64,000 nucleotides of DNA. Source: an uncultured virus (IMG/VR IMGVR_UViG_3300029953_000003) (lineage: Duplodnaviria > Heunggongvirae > Uroviricota > Caudoviricetes). Below, one piece after another: positions 47,701 to 56,230 of the stretch. Location: the IMG/VR virus record IMGVR_UViG_3300029953_000003; one strand, written 5' to 3'. The position numbers and the translations under genes are program-made. How positions within the stretch are numbered: the stretch's first letter is position 1; every line of letters starts with the position of its first letter. The notes under the pieces were generated by a model, which was not told where the DNA came from, did no database searches, and was given only the letters and a program-made list of their open reading frames with translations.

Positions 47701-50700
47701 GGCGCCGTCGGGCTTGGTGAGCAGCGCGTCGAGACGAGCGACGACCGACGTGACGTCGCCTTCGCGGGGGCTTTGCCCCGTCAGGATGCTCTCGGCGACA
47801 TGCAGCGCGGCCGGCGCACTCGTGGTCCCCTCGCAGAGGGCGTAGATTCGCTCTGCGAACGGACGAAGCGGGAGGTTCGCGCCGCCGTCCTTCAACCGGG
47901 CCACCAGGGTCTCGAAGGGCTGGCTAGCGGCTTCGTCGAGGCGCGCCGCTTCGCTCTCTCGCTTCCGTCGTTCGACGGCCCACGCCACCGACCGGAGCGT
48001 CGCCTGAGACGACGCCAGAATCTTCTGGACGTCCGTCTTGGTGGTCATGTCCGGGAACTTGCCCAGCACGCTCGAGAGCGCTACCTCCATCGTGAACATT
48101 GCGTGGCGCACGTCGTCGTCGCCGGAGTGGCGCATCTCGTTTGCGTGCTTCCGAACGTCGCTGCGGATCTCGTCGAAGTCATCGCTCGGACCCGCGCTCG
48201 CGCCGAGACTCTTCGCGAGCAGCTTCGTCGCCTCGTCCGCAGGGTGCGTCGTCACGACGGCCTCAACGGCGCGCCTCGCGGCATCCCGTGCGATCCCCAC
48301 CTCCCCTGACTGCGCACGCACGTGGGATCCGTACGCCTGGAGCGCTTTCGTCACGACGTCTCGCTTGTGCCCCTCGGCCACGACGAAGGCCCCTTCGCTT
48401 TTCGACCAGCCCACGCCACCATTGTCGAGCGCCTTCAGGAAGCTCTGGGCTGCCTGGTCTTTTTTGTCGGCCTTGCTGGGCGGCCCGAACGGGGTCTTGA
48501 CGACGACTTTTTTCCCGCGAAAATCCTCCTTCTCGGTCACCGAGTAGCCTTCGGGGACCTCGATGTTTTCCCACATCGCAGAGGGAGCCACCCGGCGCAC
48601 CTCGACGTCGCCGTCCATCGTCACGACCTCGCGCGGGCGCACCGCCGCGCCGAACGAGATCGGTACCCACAGCCACGTCTCCGGCGCGCCGCCGGTGCGG
48701 TTGTCGCTCTGCTCGAACCAGCTCTCGCTGCCACGCTTGAAGATGGCGCTGATCGGGATCAGGCTCTCCCTGACGTCGTCGGGGTCGCGGTCGTCCGTGT
48801 AGATCCACGTGGTGACGGCTCCCGGGTACAGCTCCTTGACGCTCTTCACGCGCCGCAGACCCAGCGCCTTGCCGCGCGCTTCGACGACTTTCTGGCGCGC
48901 AGCGTCGACGGCCGCATCCTTGGAGACCAGACCCACAGGGGGCTCCGCCCCCTGCACCCCTGCCAGGGCCAGGGGCCCTGGACCCTGCGGCTCACGATGT
49001 TCGCGGGGGAGTGGCTTTGACGTCGGCGCCTCGGTCGTGACTTTGTCCTCTGCGACGATGGCGATGAGCTTGGGAGCAGGAGCCTCCACGCCGAGCGTGA
49101 GCGCGTCGGCGCGCACGCCTTCCGCCTTGGCGGCGGCCTCGAGCGCGCCGGCGTCGTTGCCGCCGGCCTCCGCCTGGAGCTCCTCGACCTTGAGCTTTAC
49201 GAGCTCTTGCGCCACGCCCTCTGCGGCGGCGCCTTGGGTCAACGCGCCTGCGCGATCTTCGTTGGGCAGAGGCATCGCAGCGGGGTCGACCTTTCCTTGC
49301 GCGACGGCGACGGCGCGGCACCGGGCAAGGAGGCGCTCTTGTTCCTCGTGCCCGCGCGCGATGGCTTGTTCTCCATCGCGGGTGAGGAGGATGCCGTCGC
49401 CGTGCTCAACTCGCACGGGGTCGATTCGTTCGGCGTAGCCCATCGCTCTGAGCCGGCCCCAGACGATCTGATCGAACTTGAGGGCCAGATCGGTCGCCAC
49501 GACGCGAGAGCCCGTCGAAGGCATGCTGAAGTAGCCCTCTCCACCCTTCTGGGCCAGGAGCTGAAGCGCTTCGGCGACCTTCCCGCTGACCTGGGCCCCG
49601 ACCGAGAAAGCCTTCTCGTTTCCCTTCTCGGTGAGAAACACGATGTCGGGCCCGCCGGCGACGCCGAACCGCGGCCGGATCGTGTAGAGGCTCTCGTCGG
49701 TAGCCAGCGCGCCGTCCGCCGGCGCCTCTTCGCGAGCGAAGCCCTGAAGGGTCATGGCAGGGGCGGCAGCCGTCATCGGTCGGACGGTGAACCCGGATTC
49801 GTCGTAGTAGGCGCCGTTGTAGAGCTTCCACTTGCGGACGGAGGCCATGTGTCGCTCTTCGGCGTAATTGGTGGCGCCCTGCTTGGCGTCTTTCAGCGTG
49901 CCGACGTTGCGAGCGATGACGCTCTTGTCGTAGAGCACCTCGTAGGGCCCCTTGGACACGAACGGTTGCTTCGTTTCCTCGTCGTACGACTGGGGTCCAA
50001 CAGCGCGGCCGAGCATATCGTTGGCCTCACGGATGGCGACCTCGAGCTCGTTGGCGCTGGGGGGCGAGTCTCCGCCGACGTAGCGCTTCGACGACGGCGT
50101 GATGCGCGCGATCTTCTCGAACTTCACGCGATCGTACGCCGTCCCGCCAACGGGGTATCTCGTCTCCCACGTGTCGAGAACCGCGTCGAGCTTCGCCGCA
50201 AGCGGCGCCTCCGCAGCGAGGTACTCGCGATCCTCATCCTCGTCGATCCCGGGCGCCTGCGCTTCTCCGGCGCGAACATCGTGAGCTGCGGGGTCCAGGG
50301 CCGAGGCCCTGGCGGGGGTGCCGGGGGCGGAGCCCCTGGCGCGGTTCTTCGGCCGTTCGATCTTCATCCCTCCGCCGATGTTGACCTCAAGCAGATCGAC
50401 CAGCGCGAGAGGCTTGCCGTCGGGCGTTTGCGAGCGGACGACGCGGAAGGTGAACGCTCGCGCGAAGTCGATCCCGGAGCTGTCGGCGTCGACCTCGACC
50501 TTGAGCTCGTCGACAGGGGCGTCGCCGCGGGCGAGTTGAGCGGCGAGCTGGGTGTTCTCGACGAGCTTCTCGAGGCGGGCGCGGGGGGTTCCCAGCTTGG
50601 GGGTGATCGGGAAGCCGGGGTCCTCGTAGTAGTGGTCGAACGCGGAGGGCGTCATGGCGACGTGGAGCTTGCGGTGCTCGCCGACCTCGGTCATGTCGCG

Positions 50701-53700
50701 TGGGTCGAGCGTGGCCGACGCGCGATCCTGGAGCCTGGGCACGGAGGTCTCGCCGGCGAGCACGGTGACGAGCGGGTCGACGCCGGCGGGGAGCGCTCCA
50801 AGGGCGGCGAGCTCCGGGCTTCGTGAGGCGAGGTCCGCCCAGCGGTCGGCGCGAAGGTAGTCCCGCGCAGCGGCCTTGACGACGGCCTCGGGGTTGGACG
50901 AGCCAGCGCGCGCCAGGTACACGTCGCGGAGGCTTGATCCGCCACTGATATACTCGCCGCGCACGCCGTGGGCAGCGGAAGCAGGGACGTCTTCGAGCTC
51001 CTGGTAGGCTCGGGTGATAGCGGCGCGCTGGGCATCGTCGGTCACGCGCATACTTTCGGCCTTGGTGCGGAGGTAGCTCACGAGGGAGGCGAGGAGCTCG
51101 GGGGTTGCGGGCGTGAGCCTGCGGAGCCGGAGCTCTTCGGCGTTGTCGCTCCCGAGGAAGCGGCGCGCGGCGGCGGAGGCCAGGTCGATGGGCCGCGGGG
51201 CATCGGGGTTCACGCCGGGGTCGTGAGAGACGAGCTGGAGGAGCCCTTCTTCGTTGAGGAGCTCGGCGATCTTGCCGGCGATGTTGGCGTTGCCGTACTG
51301 CTCGACGTAGGCGTCGAGGCGGCGCAGAAGATCCTCGCTCGGGGTGCCCCAGGTGGCGAGCTTGGCAGCGACCTTGGCGTGACCTGCGCCGGCCTTTTCG
51401 GCATCGGTGAACCACTCGACGGTGTGCCCGCTCTTGGTGAGCTTGTTGGCCTCCGCCGTGTCGTCGTCGTTGACCTGGAGGACGTCCAGGAGGAGAGGTT
51501 GCCAGCCATTCTCTGCGCGGCCCGGCTGCGTCACCACGAGCCACCGGCGCTTGCTCGCGAGATACGCTTCTTTCTTGGCTTCGGACATCCGCGAGAGCTC
51601 GACCTGCTTCGGGTCGGTCGGGTCGTACGTGAAGATCTCGGACGGGAGCTTGTCGAGCGGATCGAGCTCCACGTGCTCTGCGACAGCGACGCGCAGCGCT
51701 TCGTCTCGCGCAGATTCGTTCACGCTCTCATCCTTCAGCCAGTATACGAGCGCACCACGGCGCGTCTCGGGCGTGGCGATCTTCGTCAGGAACGCATCGG
51801 GCTCCGTGTTGAGCTTCGAGTAGAGCCAGAACGTGTCGAGCGCATGGAAGCAGTCGTGAAGCGCCTTCGGCGTCCAGTGGAAAGGACCTTCTGCCTTGAT
51901 CGTCTCGAGTTTCGTGAGCGCGATCGTGGCGCGCACCTCACGGAGAGCGTTCATGTCGCCGTTCGCGGCGCGCTCTACCTCGCGAGTCTGGGCGCCGTAG
52001 ATTGCGCGCGCTGCGCGCTCTGCGGCTGCCTGACTCGAGAAGATGTCGAGCATCAGTCCAGTCGGTTCGTGCGACAGGACGCGCACGATGCCGCCAGGCT
52101 TGGAACCTGCGGGAGCGTGCACAAACAGGTTGCCCTCCCGTGCAAGAACAGGAACGCGGATTGCGGTTCCGGTTCCGCCGAGGATCCTCGCCATGTTCGC
52201 TGGAAGTGTCGCGTCGTACGGGAGGATCTTGGCGGAGCCGTTCATCGAGCCTCCCCCTGCATCTGCGGCGGGCTCGTGCGAACCGCCGATCTTCTCTTCT
52301 TCATTCGCTGGCATGAGGATCTCCGCGGCTTTCGTGATCGTGGACTCGTCGGGCATGTCGAGCCCAGCGTGGGTCGCGTCTCTTCGGATCGCTTCGGCCT
52401 CGGCGGCGGCCGTGGCAGAGCCGCCCTGCTCGGCGAGCTTCAGCGCGATGAGCCCCTCGGTCGCTCGCTGCCGCAGGTCGCTCGAAGGCTCCCCGCGAAC
52501 GTCGTGAGCCGCGGGGTCCAGGGCTGAGGCCCTGGTGGAGGTTCCGGGGGCGGAGCTTTTGGCGCGGCTCTTCTTCTCGCGGGCGACGCCGAAGGGGCCG
52601 ATCTGGCGCTTGTAGCGGTGTGCGAGCTCGACGCAGAGCCTCCACTCCTGGGGGGTGAGCCCGAGGTCGGCGCCCAGGAGGTAGGCCATGGAGTGACCGA
52701 GCCCGCCGTCGGACTGAGAGAAGCCCTCCGCGTTCTTTTCCTTGGCGTGGTCGGGATCGGCTTCGGCGACCGAGACGATGCCGTTGGCGGCCCAGGACTC
52801 CTCGTCGGTGAGGGGGCCGCGACGCACGTCGCTATCCGGCTCCTCTTCTTCGGGCTGGCTCTTGCGGCGCCGGGAGGTGGCCTCGGCGACGTAGCGCTTG
52901 ATACGATCGGCCTGAGACGACTTGGCGCGCCCGGCGACTTCGCGCTCGGTGTCGCTCTGCGCGGCGGCCTCCTCGAGCGCCGCCGCGCGTGCGATGGCGA
53001 TGGCTGGCCTGGCGTCGGCCTCGAGCTGGTCCCAGTCGACCTCGGCGAGCTTCGCTGGCGCGATGTGGATAACTCGCGCCGCATCGACGCTTTGGTCGAT
53101 CAAGGACTCTTTCCCTGCGAGGATGGCGTCGATGCGCTGGTCGAGTCGGTGATCGGCGACGACGCGGGTGATCAGCACGCCGCGAGTCTGACCCAGGCGG
53201 TAGGCCCGATCCTCGGCCTGGTTGTTGAGCGAGGGGTTCCACTCCTGGTCGTTGAAAATGACGTTGGAGGCCCGCGTGAGGGTGATCGCAACGCCTCCGG
53301 CGCGGATCGTACAGGCGACGCCCTTGTACTCGCCGCGTTGAAAAGCCTCTTCGATCGCGGTGCGTTTTTCGGCATCCGTGTCGCCGGTGATCGCTGCCCA
53401 CCCGGGGCGCTTGCCCAGAAGGTCGACAGGGCCGCGGAAGGCGCTGAAGACCAGCACGGGCTCGTTCGCGGCCTCGTACTCCTTGACGAGCTCGAGGGTT
53501 GTCGCGAATTTTGCTTTGGCCAGGGCAGCGCGCGCAGCAGACAGCTCTCGGAAGGTGAGCTTGCTCTCCTCGAGCTTTTCGACGGCCTTCTCGAGATCGA
53601 TGCCCTTTTGACCAAGGATCGCAAGCGCTTCGTCGCCGGCCTTTGCCGTGGCCCGGTCGATCGGGGCAGAGACGACGCGGTATGTCTTGGGAGGGAGCTG

Positions 53701-55404
53701 CGGCAGCACCTCTTTCTTGATCCTGCGGAGCTGGACCCTCTGGAGACACTCGGCGACCTCGGGCTCGGGATCGCCCCAGTGCATGACATCCCACTCGTCT
53801 TTTTCTCCGTTGAAGAGACGAACGAAGTTGTCCCAGTTACCGAAGGCTTCGCGCTCGAGCCCGGCCGCAACGAGGACCGCCCAGAGCTCGGGCGGCTTGT
53901 TCTTCATGGGAGTCGCCGTGAGGATGAAGTTACGGCCCCCTCCTTCGCGCACCACGTCGCGCATCGCGTGGTATTTTTTCGTGCGTGTCGCCTTCCTGTT
54001 CGCGAGGTTGTGCCCCTCGTCAGCCACAAGGATTGTTCCGGGCCGCGCGCCGGCAGGAATGGGGAAGTGATCCTTCGCGCTCTTGATCACGAGCGAGGAC
54101 TCGACAGCTCCGACGTTGAGCACCGTCGGGCCTGCCTTGCGGACAACGGCCAGGAAAGGCTTGGATGCCCACTCCTTTGGATCTGTGGTGAAGACGAGCG
54201 CGCCGTCTCGGTTAACGGTCCCGTTCCCAAGGAGATCTCCGGACGTGACAGAAGGGCTTTTCCCGTCGGTCGAGCCGTAGACGGAAAAGCTTTCACCGGG
54301 ATGAACGACGCTGCCCTTTTTGGCCCGCTTGACGCTCGCGCTCTCGACGGACGTGATCTCGCTCGGGATCCACGTGACAGGGCCGTTCACGGTCGAAGAG
54401 ATAGGGAGCACCGTGTCGGGTACGTCGCCAGGAAGGATGTCGTAGTTGATCGCGACGATCTCGTTGGCTCCAGGCCAGCGGAAGCTGCCTTCTCCTTCCA
54501 GCACAGTCACGTGAAGGTCAGGGCGCCATCGCTTGGTCTCTCGCTGCCATACGCCCTTTGCGACGGCAGGACACACCACGACGACAGAGGCGTTGTCGGG
54601 AAGCATGGTGAGGATTTGGATCGTCTTGCCGAGCCCCATGTCGTCGGCGAGGAGCCCGCCTTGACGACTCGCGAGCCACGCCGATCCCTCCCGCTGATAC
54701 TGGAACAGGCCGAGTCCTCGCTTTTTCAGAATCGCGTCGACCTCGTCCGCGCGTCTTTCTGCGCCGACGATGTTCAGAGCGCGCTCTTTCGCTCGCGCCT
54801 CGAGTCGCGTGGCCACCTCGGGGTCCACGTCGATCGCGAATCCCGATTTCGTGAGGCGCAGGAGGATCTCCGGCGCGAGGTCGACGCCGCTCCGCTGGCT
54901 CGCGGTCTCCCTGTCGTACCGAGACCCGCTGCACGCGTTCTGGTACGCGACGAACGTGTCGTCGAGGTGTGCCGCAGGGGCGATCGAGACCTCGCCCCCG
55001 ACCATGCGCACCAGGATCACGTCCTTCACCGCGGGAGCGTCGGCGGCGGCCTCCATTTTTTCGATCACGTCCGCCGGCGCATCGACCTCGAACCCTGCCT
55101 TTTTCAGATTCGCGATCGTGGCCGCCGCATCCTTCGGCTTGGCCCTCTGGCTCCGGGTGTTCTTGTCGTACCGACACCCCCCGCACGCAGCCTGGTACGC
55201 CGCGAACGCCTCGCTGCCTAGGAACCCCACCGGCGCAAAGGCCACTTCGACGCCGATGAACCGGACGCTGATCGCCTTGACGGCTGTCGCGGCAGGGTTG
55301 TGCTTTTTGCAGAAGATCTTGCGATCTTCTGGGCTGTAGCTTCCCTCTTCGGCGCCGACGCGGGCGCCGCAGGTGGCGCATTTGCCGGGGTATCGGTTGA
55401 TCAT
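44710..55404 (-). CDS. Giant (3564 aa) polyvalent protein with N-terminal Zn finger, HARP-like repeats and a SNF2-family helicase
   Basis: CATC...CKKH; two YQxAC..G.RYD..T.SQR repeats; LLADDMGLGKT, DEGH, LTATP and WNPSLNNQAEDRAYRLGQ (~53090-54720); about 2700 further residues with modules shared with the 4424-aa protein. Confidence 0.9.
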   Translation of the reverse strand: MINRYPGKCATCGARVGAEEGSYSPEDRKIFCKKHNPAATAVKAISVRFIGVEVAFAPVGFLGSEAFAAYQAACGGCRYDKNTRSQRAKPKDAAATIANLKKAGFEVDAPADVIEKMEAAADAPAVKDVILVRMVGGEVSIAPAAHLDDTFVAYQNACSGSRYDRETASQRSGVDLAPEILLRLTKSGFAIDVDPEVATRLEARAKERALNIVGAERRADEVDAILKKRGLGLFQYQREGSAWLASRQGGLLADDMGLGKTIQILTMLPDNASVVVVCPAVAKGVWQRETKRWRPDLHVTVLEGEGSFRWPGANEIVAINYDILPGDVPDTVLPISSTVNGPVTWIPSEITSVESASVKRAKKGSVVHPGESFSVYGSTDGKSPSVTSGDLLGNGTVNRDGALVFTTDPKEWASKPFLAVVRKAGPTVLNVGAVESSLVIKSAKDHFPIPAGARPGTILVADEGHNLANRKATRTKKYHAMRDVVREGGGRNFILTATPMKNKPPELWAVLVAAGLEREAFGNWDNFVRLFNGEKDEWDVMHWGDPEPEVAECLQRVQLRRIKKEVLPQLPPKTYRVVSAPIDRATAKAGDEALAILGQKGIDLEKAVEKLEESKLTFRELSAARAALAKAKFATTLELVKEYEAANEPVLVFSAFRGPVDLLGKRPGWAAITGDTDAEKRTAIEEAFQRGEYKGVACTIRAGGVAITLTRASNVIFNDQEWNPSLNNQAEDRAYRLGQTRGVLITRVVADHRLDQRIDAILAGKESLIDQSVDAARVIHIAPAKLAEVDWDQLEADARPAIAIARAAALEEAAAQSDTEREVAGRAKSSQADRIKRYVAEATSRRRKSQPEEEEPDSDVRRGPLTDEESWAANGIVSVAEADPDHAKEKNAEGFSQSDGGLGHSMAYLLGADLGLTPQEWRLCVELAHRYKRQIGPFGVAREKKSRAKSSAPGTSTRASALDPAAHDVRGEPSSDLRQRATEGLIALKLAEQGGSATAAAEAEAIRRDATHAGLDMPDESTITKAAEILMPANEEEKIGGSHEPAADAGGGSMNGSAKILPYDATLPANMARILGGTGTAIRVPVLAREGNLFVHAPAGSKPGGIVRVLSHEPTGLMLDIFSSQAAAERAARAIYGAQTREVERAANGDMNALREVRATIALTKLETIKAEGPFHWTPKALHDCFHALDTFWLYSKLNTEPDAFLTKIATPETRRGALVYWLKDESVNESARDEALRVAVAEHVELDPLDKLPSEIFTYDPTDPKQVELSRMSEAKKEAYLASKRRWLVVTQPGRAENGWQPLLLDVLQVNDDDTAEANKLTKSGHTVEWFTDAEKAGAGHAKVAAKLATWGTPSEDLLRRLDAYVEQYGNANIAGKIAELLNEEGLLQLVSHDPGVNPDAPRPIDLASAAARRFLGSDNAEELRLRRLTPATPELLASLVSYLRTKAESMRVTDDAQRAAITRAYQELEDVPASAAHGVRGEYISGGSSLRDVYLARAGSSNPEAVVKAAARDYLRADRWADLASRSPELAALGALPAGVDPLVTVLAGETSVPRLQDRASATLDPRDMTEVGEHRKLHVAMTPSAFDHYYEDPGFPITPKLGTPRARLEKLVENTQLAAQLARGDAPVDELKVEVDADSSGIDFARAFTFRVVRSQTPDGKPLALVDLLEVNIGGGMKIERPKNRARGSAPGTPARASALDPAAHDVRAGEAQAPGIDEDEDREYLAAEAPLAAKLDAVLDTWETRYPVGGTAYDRVKFEKIARITPSSKRYVGGDSPPSANELEVAIREANDMLGRAVGPQSYDEETKQPFVSKGPYEVLYDKSVIARNVGTLKDAKQGATNYAEERHMASVRKWKLYNGAYYDESGFTVRPMTAAAPAMTLQGFAREEAPADGALATDESLYTIRPRFGVAGGPDIVFLTEKGNEKAFSVGAQVSGKVAEALQLLAQKGGEGYFSMPSTGSRVVATDLALKFDQIVWGRLRAMGYAERIDPVRVEHGDGILLTRDGEQAIARGHEEQERLLARCRAVAVAQGKVDPAAMPLPNEDRAGALTQGAAAEGVAQELVKLKVEELQAEAGGNDAGALEAAAKAEGVRADALTLGVEAPAPKLIAIVAEDKVTTEAPTSKPLPREHREPQGPGPLALAGVQGAEPPVGLVSKDAAVDAARQKVVEARGKALGLRRVKSVKELYPGAVTTWIYTDDRDPDDVRESLIPISAIFKRGSESWFEQSDNRTGGAPETWLWVPISFGAAVRPREVVTMDGDVEVRRVAPSAMWENIEVPEGYSVTEKEDFRGKKVVVKTPFGPPSKADKKDQAAQSFLKALDNGGVGWSKSEGAFVVAEGHKRDVVTKALQAYGSHVRAQSGEVGIARDAARRAVEAVVTTHPADEATKLLAKSLGASAGPSDDFDEIRSDVRKHANEMRHSGDDDVRHAMFTMEVALSSVLGKFPDMTTKTDVQKILASSQATLRSVAWAVERRKRESEAARLDEAASQPFETLVARLKDGGANLPLRPFAERIYALCEGTTSAPAALHVAESILTGQSPREGDVTSVVARLDALLTKPDGAYAGRLAKTTRRDELLELREGLTGEQAAGTPDDRATALMRSAAKKASEKRGDPHDFTDAAQGLAAVALSTGWPESDPRLDPYRKPFNTPLGNAYADMWHDPLAHMKASEVTVEQIARAMDGIATTWKEPYAGRHYRDHENPYDLRELSMIEGWRSQLAQRIKSQRIRRGTSAFDDFVLIEAPRLFRAVTKKIVSNLETIRAVTAKSIADGQQSLQRLQRDADQDSLKTSLRLALHDALETKESTGAAKAREESAAYYAGRLASAKEEIASLEMDLATPRDPEAMALEAVASVEELKPYAAAMAMPQAERDLAEGRARVAFIKRSTLPKDASIEEGEIRIRFDGKVSMVRSLYRAGDYAVHETPGEPSDVEAAEKFSVTHEPTGLSSGKFATKNAAAHYVDVLNSPAVAEMGRAYFRGDVNDFPEVTKAAGAAIREGKSAEQAARIALDSVAGSTASAGAPATTPSVDPLESKIDAKVLDLLRRHGPMEPFKLAEALIKVGSRDRSKNSASEERLIRAGAIVVDRSAPNIVYKLASDAKEEIAKTALDAVAQGAPESVLLEAEKEIEKIEYAGAVEARLPSPPANAVTPVELYAMARAAGEAGKELREWEESDEIHAHLEALRNARVRVDSRALEAAYHDGVRTTWKSVWTTAQAGYDGMGTKTVEDCGMWHGKALRRVAINPDHLDWQMRRYSSGIDGSWMEDPRVEDQRNATKIENERVRQQEHDARRKEGLGWIVTVSDSMLDGTDENWEAWNAHGITWDDARAEKVRRSADRDAKAKEVEWARCLAIVHEGVSLIDPGASSRPGIYGGHVGGRDPHVWCTIKIVRGWPAEDPTKANVVEENGDIVADLPTVAAWLAEGRIRVAGPEDHVPPLAVFKRLGHRDLERVKPYEVDGGVVWAGRGGRGGFGELLVLDMQGHLVRKKSVLEAVDIEMANARSTKDKQRQLAELAVAGRLNEAKAPEGTVYAFAGDRRDAGAIHAVRVVETVGDFAITEE
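48935..49004 (-). repeat. Dispersed palindromic element, in frame (HREPQGPGPLALAGVQGAEPP)
   Basis: Reverse complement reads gcgaacatcgtgagccgcagggtccagggcccctggccctggcaggggtgcagggggcggagccccc. Confidence 0.85.
50270..50342 (+). repeat. Dispersed palindromic element, in frame (GSAPGTPARASALDPAAHDVR)
   Basis: gcgcgaacatcgtgagctgcggggtccagggccgaggccctggcgggggtgccgggggcggagcccctggcgc. Confidence 0.9.
52494..52565 (+). repeat. Dispersed palindromic element, in frame (SSAPGTSTRASALDPAAHDVR)
   Basis: cgcgaacgtcgtgagccgcggggtccagggctgaggccctggtggaggttccgggggcggagc. Confidence 0.85.
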
Positions 55405-55503
55405 GGGTGGCGATCCAGAGGCTTGGGTGGGTGGCGCCCGCTCCGGCGCCCCGGGCCATGGCTGGAGCCCGCAGCGGGCGAGGCATGCGAAGAGATCCGA
55501 GCC

Positions 55504-55821
55504 TCAGACGATGGGGATCGCGTCGCACTTGTCGAGGTTCTCGACGACGACGAAGACGTACTCGCCATGCGGGAGCCCGGCGCGCAGAAGCTGGCCGGTC
55601 CACCCAAGCTGCTTGGCCAGAGCCACGGCGACGGCTGCGTGGTCGTCCTCGTCCCGCCCGCTCATCCTCGTTTCGCCTCTGGCCCGAACCGTCGAGAGGC
55701 TCCCTGTTCCTCCGGGGAGGTTCATGGTGAGGCTCTTCAGGTCGCCGGCCTTCGCCGTGATCTTGGGCATCATGCTGCGGCCCGTTGGTCCGGTGCGCTT
55801 CGTCGTGATCGCGATCGCCAT
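55504..55821 (-). CDS. Small phage-type protein
   Basis: AAGGAG RBS; MAIAITTKRTGPT...HAAVAVALAKQLGW...YVFV. Confidence 0.65.
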   Translation of the reverse strand: MAIAITTKRTGPTGRSMMPKITAKAGDLKSLTMNLPGGTGSLSTVRARGETRMSGRDEDDHAAVAVALAKQLGWTGQLLRAGLPHGEYVFVVVENLDKCDAIPIV

Positions 55822-55852
55822 CGTCGTCTCCTTGGAGTAGTAGGAGCCGAGC

Positions 55853-56230
55853 TTACCCTGCCTGATGCGCTCCAGGAAGCCTTTCTTGGCCGATCGGGCG
55901 CTCGAGACGCTGGTAGGCGGCAAGGATCTCGCCAGCCAGCGGCCCTGCTGCCCGCGCCCACTCACTTCGGTCGAGCAGGTGCCCGCTTGGCTGCTTCATG
56001 CTGCCAGGCGTCCACACCCAGGCGGCGAGCGCGTCCGTGTCGCCGGTTCGCTCGAGCGTCACCCGAATGTGCTGCGTCAGGTACCCGCGCCAGACGACGA
56101 TCCTCGGCAGTGGCTTTTTCCACTGTACAATTCCGATTTCTGGCGAACGTAGCTCGTTGCTCGAAGTGTGCTTGGTGCCGCACCACCCTTCGCGTTCCGG
56201 CGCAGACGTCGCCCCGCACGCGCACTTCAC
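55853..56230 (-). CDS. Hypothetical protein with an N-terminal Cys/His cluster
   Basis: MKCACG...WCGTKH; GTGA overlap. Confidence 0.55.
   Translation of the reverse strand: MKCACGATSAPEREGWCGTKHTSSNELRSPEIGIVQWKKPLPRIVVWRGYLTQHIRVTLERTGDTDALAAWVWTPGSMKQPSGHLLDRSEWARAAGPLAGEILAAYQRLERPIGQERLPGAHQAG

Noticed and set aside
54055..54415. Intein in the helicase
   Set aside because: No N-terminal Cys/Ser block A, no C-terminal HN-(C/S/T) and no LAGLIDADG motifs.
21127..55221. Long plus-strand ORFs (e.g. 21127..22860, 27232..29613, 30214..32901, 52618..55221)
   Set aside because: Antisense shadows of high-GC minus-strand genes, with no recognisable motifs.
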